Assembly: GCA_964460435.1 (NCBI GenBank)
Contig: CAYWRH010000001.1
Location: forward strand, 32,543 to 96,542
Direction: 5' to 3'
Length of the DNA stretch: 64,000 nucleotides
Source of the DNA: an uncultured Desulfatiglans sp.
Lineage (GTDB): Bacteria; Desulfobacterota; DSM-4660; Desulfatiglandales; HGW-15
The notes under the pieces were generated by a model that did no database searches, was not told the DNA's origin, and saw nothing but the letters and a program-made list of their open reading frames with translations. Position numbers and translations under genes: made by a program. This document shows positions 1 to 8,546 of this stretch, one piece after another. How positions within the stretch are numbered: position 1 is the first letter of the stretch; each line of letters begins with the position of its first letter.

Positions 1-2
1 AA

Positions 3-2147
3 TTGACCACCTCTCTTTTCAGTGAATCATGGTACAGGGTATCAGCATTAAGGCCCCTTTTAAGAAGGCATGCCCAGGTGCATCACCATATATACAGGAA
101 AGAGGACTGGTATGTCCTGGAGGATCACTCCACCGGCAATTTCCACCGCTTTTCAAAGGAGGCATACTATATAATAGGTTTGATGGATGGGAAAAACAGC
201 CTCAGGGATATTTGGGAAACCGCTTGCAGAAATCTTGGAGATGACATGCCTACCCAGGATGAGGTGATAAGACTCTTATCCCAGCTCCATCAGGCTGATC
301 TGCTTCAGACAGATATCCCGCCTGATATTAGGGAGCTGTATGAACGCAGTAAGCTTTATAAGAAAAATGACATTGTCACCAAATTAAGATCACCACTTTC
401 GATAAAGATACCGCTTATCGATCCTGAGCAATTTCTTGAAAAAACCATCTTTTTAATCAGGCCCATATTCAGCATTACAGGCCTAATTATTTGCTCTATT
501 CTTCTTCTAATCTCATTATCCCTTGCAGTTATAAACTGGACAGAATTGACTATGAATCTTTCTGACAGGGTGCTGGCCCTTGAGAACATGTTTATTCTGT
601 GGCTGATTTATCCGGTGATCAAGGCCGTTCATGAGTTTTCACATGCCTATACAGTAAAATATTTTGGCGGCGAGGTGCATGACATGGGCATTATGCTGCT
701 AGTTTTTGTGCCTGTCCCCTATGTGGATGCATCGGCCTCCTCAGCCTTCAAAGAAAAGCACCAGAGGGTAATGGTTGGAGCAAGCGGCATTATGGCCGAG
801 CTAATGCTTGCGGCTATTGCCATGCTTGCATGGGTAAATGCAGAGCCGGGGCTCATAAGGGCGGTTGCATATAATGTAATGATAGTTTCAGGCATCTCCA
901 CAATCCTGTTTAATGGTAACCCACTGCTCCGATTTGATGCATATTATATCCTGTCAGATATTATCGAGATACCCAATCTGGCTGCACGTTCAGGCAGTTA
1001 TATCAGTTATCTCCTTAAAAGATATCTCCTGAAAATAAAGGATGCGATGAGCCCTGTAACAGCCAGGGGCGAGGCGGCCTGGTTCATCTTCTACGGCATC
1101 AGTTCATTCATCTACCGCATATTAATTACGATCAGGATCGCCCTTTTTATTGCAGGGAGGTTCTTTTTTGTGGGGGTTGGCCTTGCTATCTGGGGTATTT
1201 CAGGAATTCTTGTTATGCCGCTCATAAAAATAACAAAATTTCTCTTCATTGATTCTGAAATGCAGCGCAAGAAAATGAGGGCGGTTACCATAACAATACT
1301 CTTTCTCATATTAATTGTTTTGGCCCTGTTTATAATCCCTTTTCCATCCTCAACGGTCTCAATGGGTGTGCTGTGGCCGCCTGAAAATTCAAGGCTCTAT
1401 GTTGGTGCTGACGGATATATTGAAAATATTATTGTGGAGTCAGGCGTGAGAGTTCAAAAGGGGGAGCCCCTGGTAAAATGCATGAACAATGATCTTATAG
1501 CCAAAAAAAAGGAGCTTGATGCAATAAAAAAGGAATATGAAGTGAGATACAGCCTTGCAGAGACCAGAGATCGGACAGAGGCAAGGATACTGAAGGATGA
1601 GATATGGCGTATAACATCCGAGTTAAATAATCTGGATGAACAGATAGCAAACCTTATAATAAAAAGCCCGTCGGACGGCATATTCCTGCTTCCTGAAAAG
1701 GAGAGCATGATTGGTCTCTACCTCAGAAGGGGCACCCAGATCGGATATGTTGTGGATTTTAAGAGGGTGACAGCAAGGGTTGTTGCGGAGCAGAAGGCTA
1801 TTAACAGCATACGCACAAAAACAAAGGCGGTTGAGGTAATGATGATGCAAAGCCCTGGCAGATCATATCCAGGTCATATCCTGCGTGAAATCCCTGCGGC
1901 CTCAACCGAGCTTCCAAGCCTCGCCCTGAGCCTGGAAGGCGGAGGTGATCATGCCCTTAATCCCGCTGATGATAAAAAGATAAATGCATTTGAAAATCTT
2001 TTTCAACTGGAGGTTGCAATCGAAATGGCTCACATATCAACCATAGGTGAAAAGGTTCTTGTAAGGTTCAGGTATGATAATGAGCCGCTGTTTATTAGGA
2101 TATACCAGGGCATAAGACGGACATTCCTGAGCAGATTCAATATATGA
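3..2147 (+). CDS. Fusion protein: PqqD/RRE-like N-terminal domain + peptidase M50 (site-2 protease family) membrane core + HlyD-like C-terminal adaptor region (yydH/K16922-like putative peptide zinc metalloprotease)
   Basis: 714-aa ORF touching the window edge (TTG at 3; the true start may lie just upstream). The N-terminus WYVLEDHSTGNFHRFSKEAYYIIGLMDGKNSLRDIW looks like a PqqD-type winged helix. An HEFSH zinc motif and a second S2P motif NPLLRFDAYY sit in a multi-TM core. The C-terminal ~250 aa has the barrel-sandwich/coiled-coil pattern of HlyD adaptors. ATGA overlap with the next gene. Confidence 0.75.
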   Translation: MTTSLFSESWYRVSALRPLLRRHAQVHHHIYRKEDWYVLEDHSTGNFHRFSKEAYYIIGLMDGKNSLRDIWETACRNLGDDMPTQDEVIRLLSQLHQADLLQTDIPPDIRELYERSKLYKKNDIVTKLRSPLSIKIPLIDPEQFLEKTIFLIRPIFSITGLIICSILLLISLSLAVINWTELTMNLSDRVLALENMFILWLIYPVIKAVHEFSHAYTVKYFGGEVHDMGIMLLVFVPVPYVDASASSAFKEKHQRVMVGASGIMAELMLAAIAMLAWVNAEPGLIRAVAYNVMIVSGISTILFNGNPLLRFDAYYILSDIIEIPNLAARSGSYISYLLKRYLLKIKDAMSPVTARGEAAWFIFYGISSFIYRILITIRIALFIAGRFFFVGVGLAIWGISGILVMPLIKITKFLFIDSEMQRKKMRAVTITILFLILIVLALFIIPFPSSTVSMGVLWPPENSRLYVGADGYIENIIVESGVRVQKGEPLVKCMNNDLIAKKKELDAIKKEYEVRYSLAETRDRTEARILKDEIWRITSELNNLDEQIANLIIKSPSDGIFLLPEKESMIGLYLRRGTQIGYVVDFKRVTARVVAEQKAINSIRTKTKAVEVMMMQSPGRSYPGHILREIPAASTELPSLALSLEGGGDHALNPADDKKINAFENLFQLEVAIEMAHISTIGEKVLVRFRYDNEPLFIRIYQGIRRTFLSRFNI

Positions 2148-4147
2148 TCATGCCTTTCAAAAAAACAGTCTTCCCGCCAGCCTCCCATATTTTACGGCCC
2201 GAAAGGGCCGATATAAAGACCCATGGCCTGGATGCCTTTTTCAGAAATTCAATCAGATCCTTTTCATCATTTTTAAGGCTGCACACAAGAGGGATGAAAA
2301 GGTTTGTCAGATTGGTGGAACATTTTTCAGATGAGCTGAAAGGGTTTACTGAACAAGACTTAGGCTTAAAGGCGGATGAATTGAGGGAGAAAATAAAAAG
2401 GGAGGGGATGTCACAGGAAAATACAGCCCGTGCATTTGCCATAATAAGGGGGTTATCAGTTTATATTAAAGGACTGAGGCACTTTGATACCCAGATTATG
2501 GGCGGCAGAGCGCTGCTAAACGGCATGATAGCAGAGATGGAGACAGGAGAGGGCAAGACCCTTACCGCAACCCTTGCAGCAGGGACTGCTGCCCTCGCAG
2601 GCATAGCGGTTCACGTGATAACCGTAAATGATTACCTGACGCAGAGAGATGCTGAGTGGACCGGCCCTATATACAGGGCAATGGGGCTGACAGTAGGGTT
2701 TGTGATTCACGGTATGACGCCGGAAGAAAGACGGAGGGAATATGCAAAGGACATTGTATACTGCACCAACAAGGAGATAGTTTTTGACTACCTTAAGGAC
2801 TGGCTTGTCCTTGAAGGAAGGGTGAATAAACTGAAGCTTCATGCTGAATACCTCTATAACGGAAGCGAGAGGATAGAGAGGCTTCTTTTAAGGGGCCTTC
2901 ATTTTGCTATTGTAGATGAGGCAGACAGTGTTTTGATCGATGAGGCAAGGACACCGCTGATTATTTCCGGGCAGGGTGAAACAGCACAGGATGAACATGA
3001 ATTTTTTAAGCAGGCAATTGAACTTGCCGGACAGTTGATTGAGGGGAGGGATTTTCAGATCAGCATATCAGAGCATATGATCAGGCTTACTTACGCTGGA
3101 GAGGAGAGGGTTAATAATCTGGCAAAAGACCTTGGCCCGCTCTGGATGGGCAAGGTGAGGAGGATCGAAATGGTCAGGCTTGCCCTTTCAGCAATTCATT
3201 TTTTCAAGATTGATAAGCAGTACATATTGCGCGATGGCAAGGTGCAGATCATTGATGAATTCACAGGCAGGGTAATGTCTGACAGATCATATGAAAAGGG
3301 GCTGCACCAGCTTATAGAGGTAAAGGAGGGGTGTGAGCTTACAAAACAGAATGTAGTGCTGGCCCGCATCAGTTATCAGAAATTTTTCAGAAGGTATCTC
3401 AGGTTATCAGGGATGACCGGCACTGCCCGTGAGGTTAAGGGTGAACTAAGGAAGGTGTATGGTCTCAATATGGTAACAATACCCACATACAGGCCCAATA
3501 AAAGGAGGGTGTATCCTGACAGTGTGTTCCTTAGTGAGGCGCTAAAATGGGATGCTGTAACAAAAAGGGTGTTTGCCCTGCACCATGAGGGGAGGCCAGT
3601 GCTTATCGGCACACACTCTGTTGCCGCTTCTGAAAAGGCAGGAAGGCTTTTTGCTGAAAAGGGTCTCTGTTTCAGGATACTGAATGCAAAACAGGATAAA
3701 GAGGAGGCTGATATAATATCTCTGGCAGGAAAAGAGAAGAGCATCACCATTGCCACAAACATGGCCGGGCGCGGGGTTGATATAAAGCTTACCGAAGAGA
3801 GCAGGAGGCTTGGTGGGCTTCATGTTATACTTACAGAGCGGCATGATGCGGGCAGGATAGACCGCCAGCTTGCGGGTAGATGCGCACGCATGGGAGACCC
3901 CGGGAGCTTTGAGGCGATACTCTCTCTGGAAGATGAAATTCTTGAAGAGGGAAAAGGGGGGATATGGAGATGGATGACAATTGTATTTCCATTTAAAGAA
4001 ACATTGCCCTTTCGTTTTTTTTCAAAAAGGGCCATATTATCTGCACAGAAAAGGATGGAGCATATCCATTATGAAATGAGAAAAAATCTGCTCAAGGAAG
4101 ATGAGCGGCTTGGTAACATGCTCTCATTTTCAGGGCGATCCGAATAG
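2144..4147 (+). CDS. SecA-like ATPase (DEAD motor + reduced preprotein-binding region; lacks the C-terminal scaffold/wing/tail of canonical SecA)
   Basis: 667 aa. SecA hallmarks are present: MIAEMETGEGKTLTATL (Walker A), VITVNDYLTQRDAEW, AIVDEADSVLIDEARTPLIISG (DEAD box), TNMAGRGVDIKL, and RIDRQLAGRCARMGDPGS. The protein ends about 90 aa after NBD2, whereas housekeeping SecA is about 900 aa. Confidence 0.8.
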   Translation: MIMPFKKTVFPPASHILRPERADIKTHGLDAFFRNSIRSFSSFLRLHTRGMKRFVRLVEHFSDELKGFTEQDLGLKADELREKIKREGMSQENTARAFAIIRGLSVYIKGLRHFDTQIMGGRALLNGMIAEMETGEGKTLTATLAAGTAALAGIAVHVITVNDYLTQRDAEWTGPIYRAMGLTVGFVIHGMTPEERRREYAKDIVYCTNKEIVFDYLKDWLVLEGRVNKLKLHAEYLYNGSERIERLLLRGLHFAIVDEADSVLIDEARTPLIISGQGETAQDEHEFFKQAIELAGQLIEGRDFQISISEHMIRLTYAGEERVNNLAKDLGPLWMGKVRRIEMVRLALSAIHFFKIDKQYILRDGKVQIIDEFTGRVMSDRSYEKGLHQLIEVKEGCELTKQNVVLARISYQKFFRRYLRLSGMTGTAREVKGELRKVYGLNMVTIPTYRPNKRRVYPDSVFLSEALKWDAVTKRVFALHHEGRPVLIGTHSVAASEKAGRLFAEKGLCFRILNAKQDKEEADIISLAGKEKSITIATNMAGRGVDIKLTEESRRLGGLHVILTERHDAGRIDRQLAGRCARMGDPGSFEAILSLEDEILEEGKGGIWRWMTIVFPFKETLPFRFFSKRAILSAQKRMEHIHYEMRKNLLKEDERLGNMLSFSGRSE

Positions 4148-4160
4148 AAGGGGTTTAAAA

Positions 4161-4907
4161 ATGAGAACCGGGATATATAAAGGCACATATCAGATAGCTG
4201 TATTGGTTATGGCCCTGCTTTATGTGCAGATGGTAAGCGGAGAAGAATCATATTTTGACGGTATTATTGAGCCCAGTGAACTTGTGAAGGTGAGCAGCCC
4301 TGTTGAGGGCATCCTTGCACAGGTATTTTTTGACCGTGGCGACAAGGTAATTGTGGATGATGTAATTGCCTCTCTTAACTCTGACATTGAAAAGGCCTCT
4401 GCTGACCTGGCGCTGGCAAGGGTGGAATTCATGAGGCGAAAGGTGCAGAGGAACGAAGAGCTCTATAAAAAACAGCTTGTATCCATACATGACAAGGATG
4501 AGATGGAGACAGAGCTCACGATAGCAGAGCTCCAGCATAAAGAGGCTTTGGAAAAGGTTGAAATAAAAAAGATAAAGAGCCCGGTAAATGGCGTTGTTGT
4601 TGAGAGGTTTATCTCAAGGGGAGAGTATGTAAGTGACAAACCCATAATGTCTATTGCACAGATAGATCCCCTCTATGTAGAGGTTGTTATTCCTGCAGGG
4701 GAGTATGGAAGGATCAAAAAGGGCACATCAGCCAGAATAAAAATAGATAATCCTGTGTCACGGGAGCTGAAGGCAACAGTAAGCGTTGTGGATACAGTGA
4801 TAGACGCAGCAAGCAGCACATTCGGTGTACGCCTTGTGCTTCCTAACCCTGATTACTCCATACCCGCGGGGATAAAATGCAGAGTCCTTTTCCCTGCTAT
4901 GAAATGA
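4161..4907 (+). CDS. HlyD/RND-MFP-type periplasmic adaptor protein (short)
   Basis: I prefer ATG 4161, preceded by GAAGGGG, over the ORF-track start 4101, which overlaps the SecA-like gene. It has an N-terminal signal/anchor helix, a lipoyl-like motif VSSPVEGIL...GDKV, a coiled-coil, a second half-lipoyl IKSPVNGVV, and a beta-barrel tail. Confidence 0.7.
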   Translation: MRTGIYKGTYQIAVLVMALLYVQMVSGEESYFDGIIEPSELVKVSSPVEGILAQVFFDRGDKVIVDDVIASLNSDIEKASADLALARVEFMRRKVQRNEELYKKQLVSIHDKDEMETELTIAELQHKEALEKVEIKKIKSPVNGVVVERFISRGEYVSDKPIMSIAQIDPLYVEVVIPAGEYGRIKKGTSARIKIDNPVSRELKATVSVVDTVIDAASSTFGVRLVLPNPDYSIPAGIKCRVLFPAMK

Positions 4908-4950
4908 ACCTGTTTATTATCTGGTTCCTATGGTCTCCGAAGTGGTGAAG

Positions 4951-5092
4951 CTAATATTGTCCTCCCTTGGTGGGAGGTGTCAGGGGAGGGGGAGATGTAT
5001 TATTCGCCCTCATTCGTCATTCCCCGGCTGCGACCGGGGAATCCAGTTCTATTCCTTCAAGAAATTCCTCGCCCCGTGGTGGGAGAGGTCAG
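4951..5092. repeat. Cluster of REP-like intergenic hairpin repeats
   Basis: Two related copies of CCTC..GTGGGAG(A)GGT(G)TCAGG(T)GAGGGGGA lie at 4951-4983 and 5057-5092. They flank a hairpin GTCATTCCCCGG-ctgcga-CCGGGGAATCCAG (5006-5036). The same GTCATTCCCG...GGGAATCC motif recurs at 34094-34118. Confidence 0.55.
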
Positions 5093-5312
5093 GTGAGGGG
5101 GACAAGCTTATCACCTCAAAACATATTGACATACCATACGCCATTTTCCATAATGCCCAAGTCTTATCATTTTTTTTCATCAAGTATTAAGTAAGTTTAT
5201 ACTGGTATTTATACAGGTAGCAGTAGAATTTAACAGACCCCCACTAAAGGAACAATATTGGGGTGTAAGCAGATACTATTCAATAACTTGTTAAGTTAAT
5301 AGAGAAGCACTG

Positions 5313-6296
5313 ATGACCAAAGTCTCAGAAGTATATAAAAAGCTATTCCATTACACCACTTGGGATGGTCTTATCGGGATACTCGACAGCAAAAACATGT
5401 GGGCAACAAATTATAAATCACTAAATGACTATTCCGAAATTAATTTGTTTAGAGACAAACTGGTTTCATTAGTGCTCCCATATTCTAATGAAATAGTTAA
5501 AAAATTACTAAAGAAGTTCCCCAAAAGCATTAATGGAATCAATAAAAAAGGCGGTATTGAAAAAGTCATTCGCCATGAAGCAGAATTATTAGTTGATGCT
5601 CATTACAGTGCTTTAGGGGATGATATTTATATTCTTTCATTTTGTGGGGAGCATTCCAGTGATGCTATTAATGAGAATGGTTTGCTAAGCCAATGGCGCG
5701 GGTATGGAAGTGGAGGAGGCGCTGCAATAATATTCGACACGGAAAAATTGGAAAAAATATTGGATCAAGAATCAATCCGATACGAATACAGTGCAATGTA
5801 TATCGCCGATGTTGTGTATAGTGATGATGAAAAAAAATTTAATGAGGAAATATCAAAAGATCTTACCGTCATTGCAGATGTTGTTAAAAATATTCTTGAC
5901 TTTGATACATTTTTCAATAGGAACCATGTTGATGCCTCAAAAGCTTATCATCCTTTTGTTAGGTGCATTAGTAGATATAAACATTATGGTTTTAGTGAAG
6001 AAAACGAGGTGAGAGTGATAGCTTTGCCAACAATAATCAATGAGGAGATTGAAAGGCTCGCCAATAAAGACGGAGTGAAATTGCGACCAGAAAAAGAAGT
6101 AAAGATCCGTAAAAAATGTGGTCAAGAAGTTAAATATATTGAGCTATTTAATTCGGACGACATCGAACTTCCAATTGATAAAATAATTATTGGCCCTCAT
6201 GCAGAAAAGAAAGCTAGGTTAGAAATATTATCTAAAAGGCTTGAAAAGGAAAATATAAAAATAACTATTTCTGACATTCCTTTTATATGTCAATAG
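5313..6296 (+). CDS. DUF2971 family protein
   Basis: 327 aa. The pattern is typical of DUF2971: N-terminal LFHYTTWDGLIGILDSKNMWATNYKSLNDYSE, central ILSFC...LSQWRGYG..GGAAIIF, and late YKHYGFSEENEVRVI. It lies in an AT-rich region. Confidence 0.6.
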   Translation: MTKVSEVYKKLFHYTTWDGLIGILDSKNMWATNYKSLNDYSEINLFRDKLVSLVLPYSNEIVKKLLKKFPKSINGINKKGGIEKVIRHEAELLVDAHYSALGDDIYILSFCGEHSSDAINENGLLSQWRGYGSGGGAAIIFDTEKLEKILDQESIRYEYSAMYIADVVYSDDEKKFNEEISKDLTVIADVVKNILDFDTFFNRNHVDASKAYHPFVRCISRYKHYGFSEENEVRVIALPTIINEEIERLANKDGVKLRPEKEVKIRKKCGQEVKYIELFNSDDIELPIDKIIIGPHAEKKARLEILSKRLEKENIKITISDIPFICQ

Positions 6297-6403
6297 ATAC
6301 AATTTGAAACTTAACCTATCGCCTTACAAGGAATTTTATTACACCTTGTTACACACAATCCTGTAAGCTTTTCGTTCGGCGGTGGAGTATACGAGGAGGG
6401 TAT

Positions 6404-6829
6404 TTGGTGGAGTTAGAGATCAAAAGGAACTGCTCCGATGTAGGTTGGAAGACAGTATCGGAAACTTTGAAACTCCTTGGAATGGCATACTACGATCCCG
6501 ATATTCACAGAAGAGCATTTGAAGCGAGCCATACTACCGTGTTTGTCTATATTGATAGCCGGTTGATCGGTTTTGGACGGGCGATTTCTGATGGTGTCTA
6601 CCAGGCAGCCATCTATGACGTAGCTGTCATACCTGAATTCCAGAAGAAGGGCATCGGAACTAAAATAATGAAGAATATTTTGGATGCTCTTCCTCAATGC
6701 AATATAATTTTGTATGCATCACCTGGGAAAGAAGGATTTTACAGAACACTTGGATTGCGAAAAATGCGGACGGGAATGGCACGTTTTATAAGGGCGGAAG
6801 ATATGAATGCAAAAGGCTTCACTGAGTGA
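6404..6829 (+). CDS. GNAT family N-acetyltransferase
   Basis: 141 aa with the acetyl-CoA binding motif VIPEFQKKGIGTKIMKNILDAL. TTG start as given by the ORF track. Confidence 0.75.
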   Translation: MVELEIKRNCSDVGWKTVSETLKLLGMAYYDPDIHRRAFEASHTTVFVYIDSRLIGFGRAISDGVYQAAIYDVAVIPEFQKKGIGTKIMKNILDALPQCNIILYASPGKEGFYRTLGLRKMRTGMARFIRAEDMNAKGFTE

Positions 6830-6904
6830 ATGGGCCAGTGTGTACAAGTAGGACAGTCATGTTTTATGTTTGCTTAATACAAATAAAATAAAAGGGGCTT
6901 AAGA

Positions 6905-7192
6905 ATGGTAAAAATCATATTAATAACATTATTAACAATATCATTTGCCGTTATTAATTATGCCAATGGGATAGAAAGTAAAGGTATAGGTTATGGCCCG
7001 AAACAGGAAAATAATATTGAGTTTAAATATGGTGTCGCAATCCAAAATGGTAAAGCATTATATATTGATCCTCATGAATTGGAAGGAGTTGCTCTTATTG
7101 CTATGTCTGAAAAATCAATAAAAAATTCAAAAACTGAAATTCTAAAAGATTCTCCTAAGAAACTTGAAGCTGATCAATGGGTTCTATACTGA
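6905..7192 (+). pseudogene. 5' part of a small exported protein gene; its 3' end runs into the IS110-family element
   Basis: It has a signal-peptide-like N-terminus (MVKIILITLLTISFAVINYANG). From about 7150 the ORF overlaps the transposase 3' end on the opposite strand. A matching open frame continues after the IS (see 8897-9160). Confidence 0.4.
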
Positions 7193-8546
7193 TTTGAAAA
7201 CCCAATTGTTTGGCTTTTTTGATCATATTATTAATAACGTGTGTTTTGTATTTTTCGTCGTAATATAGATGGCCTGGATCAAGATAAGTTCCGCCATCCT
7301 TCCATAGGTGATAAAATATTCTTGCCAATTTATGAGCCGTTGCGGTGATTGCTTCCGGTGCTCCCAGTCTTGCACGCATGCGACGATAATATCCTCCAAG
7401 GGCACTTAAACTATGAGATAGACTCTGAGCCGCCATTCTAAAAGCTGCTGAAGCACGATTAACGACTTTTTTTGTTTTACTGCTCTTGATTCTGCCTCCT
7501 GTGATGCGGTTATTTGGACAAAGACCAAGCCATGAACAGAAATGTTTTTCCGATGGAAAGGCAGTAGGATCAATGCCTACCTCTGAAATGATAGTATGCA
7601 CAGAAACAACATCCAGCCCATCAATCTGTGTAAAATCAACACCACTGATCCTGTATAAATGTGTACGGAGATCAAAACGAGGTGCATTTCCTTTTGGTTT
7701 TTTATTACTCTTCGTAGATGCTGGCAGAGGATAGGATTGGAGGTCTATTTTAGAGTCTACTTGGCTCAAATATTGTTCTATCTCATGGTCACACATTTCG
7801 ATTTTTTGCTGATAAACATCATAGAGTTCAACGGCCTGCCTCAACGAAAAGAGATGTTCTTGTCGATAATCTCCTTCCAGTGCCTTGGCAATCTGTTCCA
7901 CGCTGCTTTTAATGCGAGGATCTCTCATTTGAGCCAGTTTTATAGGATCGCGTTCACCAGCCAGGATAGCCTTTATTATACACATTCCGGTCAGCCCAGT
8001 AATATTACTTATTACCTTGTGCAATTGTATGTTCATCTCAACAAGGGCCTTTTGCATATGCTGGACATGAGATGCTGCATAACGAATAAGATTGTCTCGA
8101 TGTCGCCAGAAGCTGCGAAGCACACAAATAGATTCTTCAGGCCGGAAAGACCCTGATAAAAGTCCATAGGTATGTAACCGTTGAAGCCATTGACAATCCG
8201 ATACATCGGTTTTCCGACCAGGGACATTTTTTACATGTCTGGCATTGACCAGTTTAACTTCAAACCCTTGTTTCTCCAGAATCTGGTACAAAGGAATCCA
8301 GTAAACACCTGTCGATTCCATTACCACAGTTTGGATATTACATTCCTTAAGCCAATCAGACATAGCATTTAAATCAGCCGTAAAACATTTAAAACTGCGA
8401 ACAGGCTGTTCATCCCTGTCTTCCGGTACAGCTATCCAGTGCTCTTCTGAGCCAACATCAATGCCTGCTGCGTTTGGATTTATAATTTTAAATGATTTAC
8501 GCTTCGATTGCTTAGGTGTTTTCTTTTTGTTCTCTCGTTTTGGCAT
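7155..8546 (-). CDS. IS110 family transposase (DEDD/RuvC-like N-domain + C-terminal Tnp domain)
   Basis: 463 aa. Motifs seen: AAGIDVGSEEHW, VVMESTGVYWIPLY, LVNARHVKNVPGRKTDVSDCQWL, and the C-terminal FCSWLGLCPNNRITGGRIKSSKT. Confidence 0.9.
   Translation of the reverse strand: MPKRENKKKTPKQSKRKSFKIINPNAAGIDVGSEEHWIAVPEDRDEQPVRSFKCFTADLNAMSDWLKECNIQTVVMESTGVYWIPLYQILEKQGFEVKLVNARHVKNVPGRKTDVSDCQWLQRLHTYGLLSGSFRPEESICVLRSFWRHRDNLIRYAASHVQHMQKALVEMNIQLHKVISNITGLTGMCIIKAILAGERDPIKLAQMRDPRIKSSVEQIAKALEGDYRQEHLFSLRQAVELYDVYQQKIEMCDHEIEQYLSQVDSKIDLQSYPLPASTKSNKKPKGNAPRFDLRTHLYRISGVDFTQIDGLDVVSVHTIISEVGIDPTAFPSEKHFCSWLGLCPNNRITGGRIKSSKTKKVVNRASAAFRMAAQSLSHSLSALGGYYRRMRARLGAPEAITATAHKLARIFYHLWKDGGTYLDPGHLYYDEKYKTHVINNMIKKAKQLGFQISIEPIDQLQVS

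Noticed and set aside
4930-5194. Two overlapping ORFs (86 and 75 aa) in the spacer after the HlyD-like gene.
   Set aside because: Their translations (…GGRCQGRGRC…, …GGRGQVRG…) are simply read-through of the REP-like hairpin repeats. There is no start context or coding-like composition.
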